Shown here: positions 50,073 to 59,558 of the stretch, in pieces
Layout: the number at the start of each line of letters is the position of its first letter
Position numbering within the stretch: position 1 is the first letter of the stretch
Source: Deferribacterales bacterium
GTDB taxonomy: Bacteria > Chrysiogenota > Deferribacteres > Deferribacterales > Geovibrionaceae
Direction: 5' to 3'
NCBI GenBank assembly: GCA_050251875.1
Contig: JBFWMA010000011.1
Span: 13,938 to 77,937, forward strand
DNA length: 64,000 nucleotides
Notes under the pieces: model-generated
What the model saw: the letters and a program-made list of their open reading frames with translations, nothing else
What the model was told of the DNA's origin: nothing
Databases searched by the model: none
Made by a program: the position numbers and the translations under genes

Positions 50073-51299
50073 TTAGTGATGTTCGGGTGTCTTAAGGTCA
50101 AGGAATTTCTCAGCAGCGAAATAGAGCACAAGTGCAGTACCGATACCAAGAAGGAATATACCCCACTCAGCGATGGAGGGAGAGTACATTGCCAGACCGT
50201 CAATCCCGGCTGTAACGCCTGAACCTTCTGTCGCGGGTCTCATAGTGGGCATCTGACCAGCCACTATGTAGTTAACTCTGGTGAAGTACAGACCGATCAT
50301 GAAGATAAGTCCTGCTATACCGTATCTCTTTGTATCGCCTTTTGCTGTCGCGAGGATAACAAGAGGGATGATAACGGCGAGAAGCATTTCACCAACCCAG
50401 AAGTTCAGAGCCAGAGGTCCTGATATCAGAGCCATAGCAGCCTGATACTCTTCAACGGGCTCGTTGAAAATGGCTGTGAGGAATTTCCACAGGTAGAGGA
50501 ACATCATCATACCAATACCGCCGCCCATCAGTTTTGCGAGGGCTTTCATAGTTTTGTTAAGCTCAGCGGGAACGTTGAACTTGTAAACTATGTTGTGAAC
50601 CAGCATAAGCAGACCAGCGCCCGCTGTGATACCGGAGATCACAAGGAATGTGGAGAAGTGTATGCCGTGGAACCAGGGTCTTGCTGTCAGTGAACCGAAA
50701 ACGAAACCGAGGTTAGATGTAGCGAGTGTACCTACAACCAGAGCAAGGAAACCGAGGATAGCGCCCATTTTGTGGTCTTTTGCTGTGGGATGAGCTTTGA
50801 AAACAACGATAAGCTCAAGAGCAAGGATCACAAGCTCGATAGAGTAGAATATACCCATCCAGAGGATAGGAGCTTTCAGGTTAGGTGAAAGCATCATCCA
50901 GATGACCATTCTGATGGGGTGTCCGATCTCCATAAGGATCTGTGTAAAACCGGCAAGAAGAACGAATGTGGCAAGCACAACTATTCTTCTGCTGATCTTA
51001 GCAAAGTTCTCGAATCCGAAAGCGTGTCCGAGACCGCCGATGAAAGCGAGACCTGTAGATGTAATTACGAAATAAGCGTATGTACCGATCAGCATGCCCC
51101 AGGGAATCTCTCTGGTAACTGCGTACATTTGCTCGTGGCCTTTCCACAGCACGATAACGGCTGTGATGGCGCCTATGCCTGCCAGTACAAGTCCGAGAAA
51201 GACCAGAGGCAGAGCAGGGATATCTTTGTTGTAAGTGATAAGCCCTTTAAGAGCCGCCACTATACCTTTCTTTTCTTCTGCATGTGCATGAGATGACAT
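50073..51299 (-). CDS. NrfD/PsrC family membrane anchor subunit
   Basis: IPWG..IGTYAYF, EIGHP.R, ARPWFH, FWVGE, YSPS..EW; about 10 TM. Confidence 0.9.
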   Translation of the reverse strand: MSSHAHAEEKKGIVAALKGLITYNKDIPALPLVFLGLVLAGIGAITAVIVLWKGHEQMYAVTREIPWGMLIGTYAYFVITSTGLAFIGGLGHAFGFENFAKISRRIVVLATFVLLAGFTQILMEIGHPIRMVIWMMLSPNLKAPILWMGIFYSIELVILALELIVVFKAHPTAKDHKMGAILGFLALVVGTLATSNLGFVFGSLTARPWFHGIHFSTFLVISGITAGAGLLMLVHNIVYKFNVPAELNKTMKALAKLMGGGIGMMMFLYLWKFLTAIFNEPVEEYQAAMALISGPLALNFWVGEMLLAVIIPLVILATAKGDTKRYGIAGLIFMIGLYFTRVNYIVAGQMPTMRPATEGSGVTAGIDGLAMYSPSIAEWGIFLLGIGTALVLYFAAEKFLDLKTPEHH

Positions 51300-51314
51300 T
51301 ATTTTCCTCCGACC

Positions 51315-51869
51315 TTACTTAATGTAGAAGAGCCTGGGTCTGGTGTTTTTCTCAGGCTTCAGACGATATGTATCGTTCTCGGCTAACAGCTTAGCTGCTT
51401 TTGAGCTGGGATCGTTAAGATCGCCGAACACTCTGACCTTAGTGGGGCATGTTTCAACACATGCGGGCTCTCTGCCTTCAGGCAGTCTGTGGTAGCAGAA
51501 GGTACACTTTTCGATAGCGTGGTGTACTTCGCTCACGAACCTTGCATCATAGGGACAAGCTGTCATACATGCTTTACAGATGATGCACTTTTTGTAATCG
51601 ATCAGAACAACACCCTCGTCTGTTTTGTATGTCGCTGATGTAGGACAAACAGTAGCACAGGGAGTGTTTTCACAGTGCTGACACTGTGAGGGTTCGAAAT
51701 CGAGGCTGAGTGTGGGATAAGTGCCTCTCAGCTCTTTTTCCGCAACCCAGATTCTGTATTGTTCACTTTCCGGCTCTACGCCGTTTTCAAACTTGCAGGC
51801 AACAGTACATGCCTTGCAGTTCAGGCATTTTTTCGCATCAAGTACGATGCCGTATTTTTTCTGACTCAT
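51315..51869 (-). CDS. Four-[4Fe-4S] electron transfer subunit (PsrB/SrrB/NrfC-like)
   Basis: CLNCKACTVACK, CQHCENTPCATVCPT, CIICKACMTACPY, KCTFC..PACVETCP. Confidence 0.93.
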   Translation of the reverse strand: MSQKKYGIVLDAKKCLNCKACTVACKFENGVEPESEQYRIWVAEKELRGTYPTLSLDFEPSQCQHCENTPCATVCPTSATYKTDEGVVLIDYKKCIICKACMTACPYDARFVSEVHHAIEKCTFCYHRLPEGREPACVETCPTKVRVFGDLNDPSSKAAKLLAENDTYRLKPEKNTRPRLFYIK

Positions 51870-51880
51870 CGTTGCCTCCA

Positions 51881-54199
51881 TTAAGCCTTAGCAATAGTTA
51901 CAAATGTTTCGTGCAGAGCACAGTTACCGGAGATAGGCTCCAGATAATCCTCAAGGATGGCTGCCTGTGAAGCACCTTTTTTGTAAACAAGGCTCATCTG
52001 GGGTGAGAGACGTCCGAAACCGTGTGCGTAAAATACGCAGTCAGGGCGGATTTTCTCTGTAACGTAAGCCTTAATAGTCTGCTCGCCAACGTTGCTGGTC
52101 ACTTTTACTTCGTCACCGGAAACGATACCGAGTTTTTTAGCTTCATTAGTGTTGATCCATACAGTGTTTTCTTTCTGGATTTCCCACAGATATTCGTTGT
52201 TTTGTGTACCTGAGTGTGTGTTCCAGCCGTGACGTCCGAGGATGAAACGGTATTTGCCGGCTTCGGGCTGACGGGGAGCAGCGTAAAGAGGCAGAGGGCT
52301 GAGACCTTTTTCTGCGTATTTTACGTTAGCCAGCTCGATTTTACCTGTTCTGGTTTTAAATCTGAACTCAGGTGTGCGTGCTTTGCCGTATGTGGGCTCT
52401 TCGCTCACATAGTAAACACCCTCTTTCAGCATTTGCTCATATCCGCCGGGGATAGCTGACATCTGGTGTTTAATGTATTCTTCCATGGGTTTACCGAAGA
52501 TTTCTTCAGCAATCTCATATTTGAAGTCTTCAACTTCCATTTCATCCGCATCGTCCCACAGCTCGGGCAGTTTCAGCATTTCGTTGATAACGCCGCCGGC
52601 GATATCAAACATTGATTTTGTGCCGAAAACAGGCTCGATAACGGGCTGACGGAATGTAGCGATAGGCCATATACCTGCGAGAGCGTGAACTGAGTCCCAG
52701 CGCTCAAGGTATGTTGACTCAGGGATAACAAGGTCAGCGAAGAAAGCTACTTCTGTCATCTGTATATCGATAACACACATGAACTCGAGCTTTTTCAGCA
52801 TTTCCATTGTTTTAGGACGATTAGGAACAGCTTCGATGAAGTTCTGTTTGTAAACGACCATAGCGTCTACTTTATAAGGATCTCCAGCGAGGATACCGTC
52901 TCTGAATCTAAGCCAGCTGCCGTCTTTTTCGCCAAGATATACAACGCCGTCTTTGGGGTAACCTTCTGATCTGGCATCATCGGGCATTCTGTTTTCAACG
53001 GGGCTTGCTATGTCGATTCTTTCATCTGTTTTCTCGAAGTAAGGGAACAGAGGATCGATCTTTGTCAGCGGTACAGATGCCTTGGGGCAGATACCGCCGG
53101 GTGTGTCCCAGCATCCACAGATAGCTGTCAGGATAGCGCAGGCTCTGCGGAAGTAAACGTCGTTTACATACCAGCTGGTTCTTCTGCCGGGGTAAGCAAC
53201 AGCGGCGGGAGCAGCTTTTGCGAACTCTCTGGCAGTCCAGATGATCTCTTCAGCGGGAATATCGCACTCTTTTGCAGCCCATTCGGGTGTGTGAGCGGCG
53301 ACCATAGCTTTCAGATCTTCGAAACCTTCGCAGAACTGAGCTACGAACTCAGCATCATAGAGGTTTTCTGTGATGATGACGTTGATAACGCCAAGCACGA
53401 AGGCAAGGTCAGTACCGGGTTTAACGGGGTACCATTTGTCAGCCTTAGCTGCTGTGTTTGTAAATCTGGGATCCAGATAAACCAGCTTAGCGCCTTCGGG
53501 TTTATATTTCTGGAAGTCTATTGTGTCGGGTGTAACGATAGCTTCAGCTCTGTTAGCGCCGAACATGATGACAAACTTAGAGTTTTTAAGGTCTGCGTCA
53601 GGAAAAACACCATAAACTGATGACCATCCCTGAATAACAGAAGAGAGACACAGGGTGGGGTGTCTAACGGTGTTAGTTGAACCGTATGACTGAACCAGCA
53701 TCTGGAATATCTCTTCCTGAAAACCTTCAGAAGAAGCGAAAGCAACAGAGTTTCTGTTGTCATTTTTTACTTTATGCTCAGCAAGTTTTTTTGCCAGCAG
53801 AGCGAAAGCTTCTTCATAAGAGATTTCTTTCCATTTACCTTCGCCTCTTTCGCCGACTCTCAGCAGAGGTTTGGTAAGTCTTTCGGGGTTATAGGGCTCT
53901 TCAGCGCCTGCGTTTCCACGGGCACAGAGCATAGCACGGCTTTTGAAAAATTTGGGGTTGGGGTTAAGTTTTTTCAGTCTACCGTCGACTACATGCGCAT
54001 AAAATCCGCATTTGTTTACACACATTTCGCAGCTTGACGCAATGTGCTTTTCGCCTTTTTCACCAGTAGGTGCGTGGGCGTCTCCGCTAGCCACAGCCTT
54101 AAGGGTTGTGAGGTTAGCGGCGAACAATCCAGCAGCAACAGCACCGCCTGAAGCCGCAAGGAACTTTCTACGGCTCAGATTCATACCGGAAAGCTTCAT
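51881..54199 (-). CDS. Tat-exported bis-MGD molybdoenzyme catalytic subunit, polysulfide/thiosulfate/selenite reductase (PsrA/PhsA/SrrA) clade
   Basis: SRRKFL Tat motif; CEMCVNKC..LCARG [4Fe-4S]; HPTLC putative Mo ligand; PGTD, ADLVIPESTYLER, WINT.EA..LGI..GD. Confidence 0.88.
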   Translation of the reverse strand: MKLSGMNLSRRKFLAASGGAVAAGLFAANLTTLKAVASGDAHAPTGEKGEKHIASSCEMCVNKCGFYAHVVDGRLKKLNPNPKFFKSRAMLCARGNAGAEEPYNPERLTKPLLRVGERGEGKWKEISYEEAFALLAKKLAEHKVKNDNRNSVAFASSEGFQEEIFQMLVQSYGSTNTVRHPTLCLSSVIQGWSSVYGVFPDADLKNSKFVIMFGANRAEAIVTPDTIDFQKYKPEGAKLVYLDPRFTNTAAKADKWYPVKPGTDLAFVLGVINVIITENLYDAEFVAQFCEGFEDLKAMVAAHTPEWAAKECDIPAEEIIWTAREFAKAAPAAVAYPGRRTSWYVNDVYFRRACAILTAICGCWDTPGGICPKASVPLTKIDPLFPYFEKTDERIDIASPVENRMPDDARSEGYPKDGVVYLGEKDGSWLRFRDGILAGDPYKVDAMVVYKQNFIEAVPNRPKTMEMLKKLEFMCVIDIQMTEVAFFADLVIPESTYLERWDSVHALAGIWPIATFRQPVIEPVFGTKSMFDIAGGVINEMLKLPELWDDADEMEVEDFKYEIAEEIFGKPMEEYIKHQMSAIPGGYEQMLKEGVYYVSEEPTYGKARTPEFRFKTRTGKIELANVKYAEKGLSPLPLYAAPRQPEAGKYRFILGRHGWNTHSGTQNNEYLWEIQKENTVWINTNEAKKLGIVSGDEVKVTSNVGEQTIKAYVTEKIRPDCVFYAHGFGRLSPQMSLVYKKGASQAAILEDYLEPISGNCALHETFVTIAKA

Positions 54200-54262
54200 A
54201 TGGGGACCTCCTAGTATTGCAACAACATCAGTTAGTTATAACTGTATAAAAACATCCGTAAA

Positions 54263-54284
54263 TGTATACGGTATACAATATACA
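54263..54284 (-). promoter_or_regulatory. Tandem GTATACA-like heptamer operator upstream of the molybdoenzyme operon
   Basis: tGTATACG-GTATACA-ATATACA; 14 bp identical to the reverse complement of 60404-60417. Confidence 0.65.
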
Positions 54285-54541
54285 GATATTGATACCTTTA
54301 AGCAAGGAATTTTTAATGAAAAACCAATAAAATATTCTGATTTTAAAAAAGCATTATTATTTTTGAATACTTCTTTAGTCTTTTAATATCATTCATTTAC
54401 AGATTCTGAGATTCATTATCGTTATTATGATTTTACAGAACGTCGCTGATTTTCAAACCAGCGTTATTTCCACTCGTATATAACGATGGTTAAAATTTAA
54501 TCAATAAATATACTGGATACCAGCCGATCTTATCCTCTCCT

Positions 54542-54910
54542 GTCTCTGCGAGACAGACGAAGTCCGGCGCGGCAGACTCAACCATCATCTTCACTCACGA
54601 GACTGCTTTGTCGCATAGCTCCTCGCAGTGACAATAGAAACGCAATAATAGTTGGTAGTCTCGCTACAAAAAAACAAGCCGACTCTGCGAAACAGACAAA
54701 GTCCGGCGCGGCAGACTCAACCATCAGATTTGCTCATGAGACTGCTTTGTCGCATAGCTCCTCGCAGTGACAATTAAAACGCAAGAATAGTTGGTAGTCT
54801 CGCTACAGAAAATCACACCGTCTCTGCGAGACAGACGAAGTCCGGCGCGGCAGACTCAACCATCCGATTTGCTTATGAGACTGCTTCGTTGCATAGCTCC
54901 TCGCAGTGAC
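54542..54910. repeat. ~2.7 tandem copies of a 139-bp unit containing a GTCTCTGCGAG...CTCGCAGTGAC palindromic element
   Basis: Units start at 54542, 54681 and 54820. Confidence 0.9.
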
Positions 54911-54938
54911 AATATATATAATTAGGATAAATAAGCTA

Positions 54939-55066
54939 ACTTCATGGATGAAGTCCGTGGAGCGAACGAATGCAATTTATTTGCATGAGCGAGTGGAACG
55001 TGAGCGCAATGAGGTATGCCGAATGAAGCGTTATCAGAAATTTTCCATGGACGGATAAATTTCTGT
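54939..55066. repeat. ~130-bp structured dispersed element, copy B (inverted relative to 8891-9020)
   Basis: Reverse complement reads ACAGAAATTTATCCGTCCATGGAAAATTTCTGATA...CTCCACGGACTTCATCCATGAAGT. Confidence 0.75.
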
Positions 55067-55072
55067 AAAAAT

Positions 55073-55099
55073 AAAAGGCGGGCACATTGCCCGCCTTTT
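55073..55099 (-). terminator. Terminator after the DUF3373-like gene
   Basis: AAAAGGCGGGCA-CAT-TGCCCGCCTTTT. Confidence 0.8.
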
Positions 55100-55119
55100 A
55101 AAATTTATACTGATATTGA

Positions 55120-57042
55120 TTAATATCTGTATGTGAAAGAAGCGTAAAATTTCTCAACTTTGTCAGTTACAGCCATCATAGTGTTCATAGCTGTTGCATC
55201 GCCGATTTTCACAGGTTCGCCAAGGTAAGAACCTGAGCCTGTGTACTCATAGTCGAAAAGCTGGTAGCCGATTGTAGCAAACAGTCTGTCGCCGACGATA
55301 GGCTGATGGTAGTAAACTTCGTAAACATCACCACGAACAGCAAGTTTAGAACCAACTACATCATCTTCAGCGCCTGTCATACCCATCCAGTATTTAGATC
55401 CATGGTTGTACTCGAATCCAAGTTTACCACCGGTGTAGGGAAGAGCAGGAGTTGAAACACCTACCCAGATGCTGTTACCGGATTTTGATGAATCTGAACC
55501 CATCATCTGATCCATGTCCATGAACTGGTACATAGCGTTAGCAGATCTGTTTTTGGGGTCTGTTTTTGACATAGAGTAAGAAGCGAACCAGTTCCAACCG
55601 AATGTTTCACCCTGAGCGAGGAATGAATGCCATTCCATATCACCCATCTTTGTTGTTGCTTCACTTCTGGAAGGTGAGCCAAAGCTGTTCATATCGAACT
55701 GATAAGCTTCATACTGGCCGTCAAGGTCATAGTCCATACCTGTGATTGCGAAAGGCATAACAACAGAACCTGTGAAGCCGTCAGTTATACCGAAGCCTTT
55801 AGCGTAGTTGTACCAGAATTTGTATTTCTCATCATCATAGAATTTTATGATGACTCCGAGGAATTCTACGTCATCTACATCAGGTGTAGCAATCAGACCG
55901 TTGTTAGAGGCCATAGCGTTGCTTGAACCCCAGCCAGACTCATATCCTTTACCGTAGCAAAATTTAACGAATGATCCGGGAAGGAATTCAAGAACGTTTT
56001 CAAAGTCGAACTGAAGTGAAGCACCGTCGAACTGCCACTGAATGATGTGAGCAAGAGGTGATCCACCCAGTGTGGCGTTGTTACGAAGTTCTTCGCCGGG
56101 GCCGTAGTCGGAAGGTCTTCTACCGAAAGAAAAGTGATAGGGTATGGGACCGAGGTCATTTTTGTAAACGAAATATGCTCTTTCAACGTGCAGTTTGTCG
56201 TCTGTGGGAACAGCACCTGCGTTACCGTCCATATACATAGTCTTGTATGTGCCGTCCATCCACTGAACATCAGTGGCGTCAGACCATGTTTTATACATAA
56301 CAAGACGACCTGCGAAAGACAGATTTTCGTTTACTGTGCTGTTCAGACGGATACGCAGTTTGTTAGTAAAAATTGTATCGTTGTTTGTGTCATATTTGCG
56401 GGGCTTCATGTTGTTGAACATAGACTTCATCACAGCAGCTTCATCAGCTGTCAGTGTTGTGTCTGAAAACATCAGAGAGAAAGCTTCCATAGCAGCCTGC
56501 TGAGCAGCGGCCATGTCGCCTGCGCCCATAGCAGTGTTCATAGCTGTAGCATATGAAACGTAGCGTGCGTCTGTTGAGAGCACGTTCATGAATGAGCTGT
56601 ACATTTCTGATGTGGGATCAAACATAGGAGTCATCAGAGCGCTGAAATCAGCCATATAGTTCTTCATGAAGGCGTCGTTCCATCCGTCCTGACCTGCAAC
56701 AGGACCAGTAGGAGTCATCTGGTACTGGTCATATGTAGTACCAGACATAGTTGAGTCGGCCAGATAGCCTCTCAGCCACAGTCCCATCATGTCGTTAGCC
56801 ATAGCGGGAAGAGCTCTAACATCCTCATAAGAGATGCTGTCCATTTTAGTTCTAAGTTCAACACCGATATCAACTTTATCTTTGATACGGTGAACTTCGT
56901 TTTTGTCAACACGTCTGGACATAGTGTTGATCTGGTTCTGAAGGTCAGAAATCTGGCCTTTCAGTTCCTCAAGTGTCACGTCAGCCGCATAAGCGGAAGC
57001 CGCGAAGAACGTAAGGAGAATAAATGACAATACTTTCTTCAT
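55120..57042 (-). CDS. DUF3373-like outer-membrane beta-barrel (porin-like) protein
   Basis: Signal peptide, N-terminal coiled coil, NDTIFTNKLR, GRLVMYKTW, LHVERAYF, GRRPS, EYNHGSKYW, KLAVRG; ends in aromatic TYRY. Confidence 0.75.
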   Translation of the reverse strand: MKKVLSFILLTFFAASAYAADVTLEELKGQISDLQNQINTMSRRVDKNEVHRIKDKVDIGVELRTKMDSISYEDVRALPAMANDMMGLWLRGYLADSTMSGTTYDQYQMTPTGPVAGQDGWNDAFMKNYMADFSALMTPMFDPTSEMYSSFMNVLSTDARYVSYATAMNTAMGAGDMAAAQQAAMEAFSLMFSDTTLTADEAAVMKSMFNNMKPRKYDTNNDTIFTNKLRIRLNSTVNENLSFAGRLVMYKTWSDATDVQWMDGTYKTMYMDGNAGAVPTDDKLHVERAYFVYKNDLGPIPYHFSFGRRPSDYGPGEELRNNATLGGSPLAHIIQWQFDGASLQFDFENVLEFLPGSFVKFCYGKGYESGWGSSNAMASNNGLIATPDVDDVEFLGVIIKFYDDEKYKFWYNYAKGFGITDGFTGSVVMPFAITGMDYDLDGQYEAYQFDMNSFGSPSRSEATTKMGDMEWHSFLAQGETFGWNWFASYSMSKTDPKNRSANAMYQFMDMDQMMGSDSSKSGNSIWVGVSTPALPYTGGKLGFEYNHGSKYWMGMTGAEDDVVGSKLAVRGDVYEVYYHQPIVGDRLFATIGYQLFDYEYTGSGSYLGEPVKIGDATAMNTMMAVTDKVEKFYASFTYRY

Positions 57043-57143
57043 ACAATACTCCCTATAGTATTATATCCTCACACAGTTTAATAAAAAACGGTGTGATTAA
57101 AAGGGCATGAAAGATTTACCCTTTATATACAAACAAAAAACCA

Positions 57144-57219
57144 CGTCATTGCGAACCCTTTATGGGTGAAGCAATCTCAAATGCACAGATTGCTTCGTCA
57201 CTCTGTTCCTCGCAATGAC
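57144..57219. repeat. GTCATTGCGA...TCGCAATGAC palindromic element
   Basis: GTCATTGCGA..GAAGCAATCT / AGATTGCTTC..TCGCAATGAC inverted arms. Confidence 0.82.
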
Positions 57220-57233
57220 AGAAAACTTAAGCA

Positions 57234-57923
57234 TCAGGCTGACGTCAGCACGTCCTCGAATATGGCATCCAGGTCTCTGATAAAGGCCTGAAGCAGTTTT
57301 GCCGACTCAGCGTAAAAAGGCATATCGGATCTCTTAGAGGTGATCTCGGCGAACTCATCCGCCATGACAACCCCGTAGTTATCCAGAACATTATATATGT
57401 TCTTCAGAGTGGAGTACCACTGTTCGATGTTCTGAGGCTCTGCCAGCCTGGTGAACATAGCGGACAGGAATTCCAGCACAATATATATGTTGTCTTCCAG
57501 CTCGCAGGATGTTTTATCAAGATAAAACCCCTCCTCTGCCATCCACTCGCGTATCTGAAATGTGCTCTGACCGTAGAGCATCTTGTTCTCTTCAGTGTAG
57601 AAAGATATATAAGGAACGACTTTGTTTCCTTTGAAATCCTGCTTAAAAAGTTTGATAAAATCGCTCTGCATTTCGGTTTGATCATAGAGGGCGGGAACTG
57701 TGGAAGTATACTCTGAATAGAATCCTGTGAATGTTTCCCAGTTATCTTTCAGGGTATCATAAACATCATCGTCGGGATATCTGAATATAAGAGACAGAAA
57801 CATGGAGACATTAGCGAGAATACTGAAAGAGGCAGTATCGATATCGGCATCCTTCAGCATGGATTTAGCCTTATCAAATTTACTACCCGTTACATACATC
57901 TTAAAATCCGTATATATAAACAT
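57234..57923 (-). CDS. TorD/DmsD-like redox enzyme maturation chaperone
   Basis: DFIKLF, VPYISFY, LYGQST, ELEDNIYIVLEFLS, PFY resemble TorD-family motifs; located in the molybdoenzyme locus. Confidence 0.7.
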   Translation of the reverse strand: MFIYTDFKMYVTGSKFDKAKSMLKDADIDTASFSILANVSMFLSLIFRYPDDDVYDTLKDNWETFTGFYSEYTSTVPALYDQTEMQSDFIKLFKQDFKGNKVVPYISFYTEENKMLYGQSTFQIREWMAEEGFYLDKTSCELEDNIYIVLEFLSAMFTRLAEPQNIEQWYSTLKNIYNVLDNYGVVMADEFAEITSKRSDMPFYAESAKLLQAFIRDLDAIFEDVLTSA

Positions 57924-58175
57924 ACAAGTAAACCTTTCCGCACGAAACCTTTATAGTTTTGTTATGCTTTCGCGCCGCATGATTAATCATAGGCACTTTT
58001 TAAAAATTTGTAAAGATATTTTAGTCAAAAAATATATTTGCAGTGGAGACGTGATAAATGAAAAAAGTCTGTGCAGTTAACTATTAAGACGCTTTTGCTC
58101 CGGATAGAAACATAACAGCGACACAATTGACGCGCGGACTGCTTTTAATTATTAGAAAACTTTATAAATACGAGC

Positions 58176-58197
58176 TGTATACAGTCGACAATATACC
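58176..58197. promoter_or_regulatory. Tandem heptamer operator-like site
   Basis: tGTATACA-GTCGACA-ATATACC, upstream of the TorD-like gene. Confidence 0.55.
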
Positions 58198-58230
58198 AAA
58201 AAAAAGCGGCCTTTTGAGCCGCCTTTTTTT
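58198..58230 (-). terminator. Terminator after fccB
   Basis: A-run, GCGGC-CTTTTGA-GCCGC, T-run. Confidence 0.7.
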
Positions 58231-58239
58231 ATATTTTTT

Positions 58240-59544
58240 TTATCCGAGCATGTCGTTCCAAATGCCCAGCGCCCAGTCTTCTTCGTGTTTTGCGAAGAGT
58301 TTTTCACGCTTGGGAGAAACGCCGCCGGAAGCAGATACGATTTTTTTGATGTTATAGTCATATTTGTAAACAGCCGAAACAAAGATAGCCTCGTCATCGT
58401 TCACCATGCTGTAACATGTGTTGGCGAGCGAAGGCTCAACAGGCTCCAGCCCGTTCAGCGTGCGCACAACTGCGCTGGCGCATACCTTGCCCATAGAGTT
58501 GGCTACATATCCTGATTTCGGAACGCCGCCCACAGCACCGTTATGTGTGGCGTCACCTATCACATATACGTCTTTGAAGTTATAAGACTCAAATGTGAAA
58601 GCGTCCGCTCTGACAAAGGTGTCTTCGGGTTTGTTCATCAGACCGAGGTCGAAGGCGCTCTGACCCGCTTTCATAGTGGGGATAATGTTCGCCACTGCGG
58701 ATTTTATCTCGCCCTTCTCTGTTGTTATCACGCCGGTGGACATATCCACTTTTGTAACCTGAGCGTCCGGAACGTACTCCAGTATGCCCTGATAGTAGTC
58801 AGCCCATGCTTTCTTGAACAGAGGACCTTTTGACGTGACATCATCGTTGGCGTCACATACTATTATTTTCGATCCGGGTTTATGCTTTTTCAGATAGTTG
58901 GCTATCAGAGAAGCTCTTTCATAGGGTCCGGGGGGGCATCTGTAGGGAGTGGGCGGAACGCTCATCACCACAACGCCTCCGGGTTTCATAGCCACCAGCA
59001 TATTGCGCAGGGCAACTGTCTCCGCTCCCGCTTTGAAAGCGGCGGGGAATTTCGCTATGGCGGCGGGGCTGTCCAGCCCTTCTATAGTGTCGTAAGCATA
59101 GCTTATTCCGGGGGATATTATCAGTTTGTCATATTCTATGGTGCCGTCCACAGTCGTCAGCTTCTTGGACACTGCGTCCAGAGCCACCGCCTCTGTGTAA
59201 ACGATCTTAATTCCATAGTTTTTAGCCAGCTTGTCTCTGGTGAAGGTGATGTCGGACATCTTCTTCTGACCGCCGATGACAAGGTTGCTGATGGGACAGG
59301 AGATAAATTTGGGGTCTTTCTCCACAAGGATCACTTCAATAGAAGGATCTTCCATCTTAGCGTATTTTGCCGCTGTGCAGCCGCCCCAGCCTCCGCCGAG
59401 AACAACTATTCTTTTGCCTTTCTTGGGCATCACTTTGGCTGTATGCTTCTGAGCGGCTGTCGCCACTGTGGATGTGCCCAGCACAGCCGCGCCTGCCGCT
59501 GCCGCTGTGGTATATTTTATCAGATTACGTCTTGATATAGTCAT
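58240..59544 (-). CDS. fccB: Flavocytochrome c sulfide dehydrogenase flavoprotein subunit (FccB/SoxF-like), Tat-exported
   Basis: SRRNLI Tat motif; GGGWGG, SCPISNLVIGG, PYRCPPGPYERAS, IGDA, PKSG..ANS, NTCYS. Confidence 0.85.
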   Translation of the reverse strand: MTISRRNLIKYTTAAAAGAAVLGTSTVATAAQKHTAKVMPKKGKRIVVLGGGWGGCTAAKYAKMEDPSIEVILVEKDPKFISCPISNLVIGGQKKMSDITFTRDKLAKNYGIKIVYTEAVALDAVSKKLTTVDGTIEYDKLIISPGISYAYDTIEGLDSPAAIAKFPAAFKAGAETVALRNMLVAMKPGGVVVMSVPPTPYRCPPGPYERASLIANYLKKHKPGSKIIVCDANDDVTSKGPLFKKAWADYYQGILEYVPDAQVTKVDMSTGVITTEKGEIKSAVANIIPTMKAGQSAFDLGLMNKPEDTFVRADAFTFESYNFKDVYVIGDATHNGAVGGVPKSGYVANSMGKVCASAVVRTLNGLEPVEPSLANTCYSMVNDDEAIFVSAVYKYDYNIKKIVSASGGVSPKREKLFAKHEEDWALGIWNDMLG

Positions 59545-59558
59545 AATGTTCCTCCCCG

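Noticed and set aside
51881..54199. Specific gene symbol (psrA, phsA or srrA)
   Set aside because: Substrate cannot be determined from motifs alone; needs phylogeny and assay
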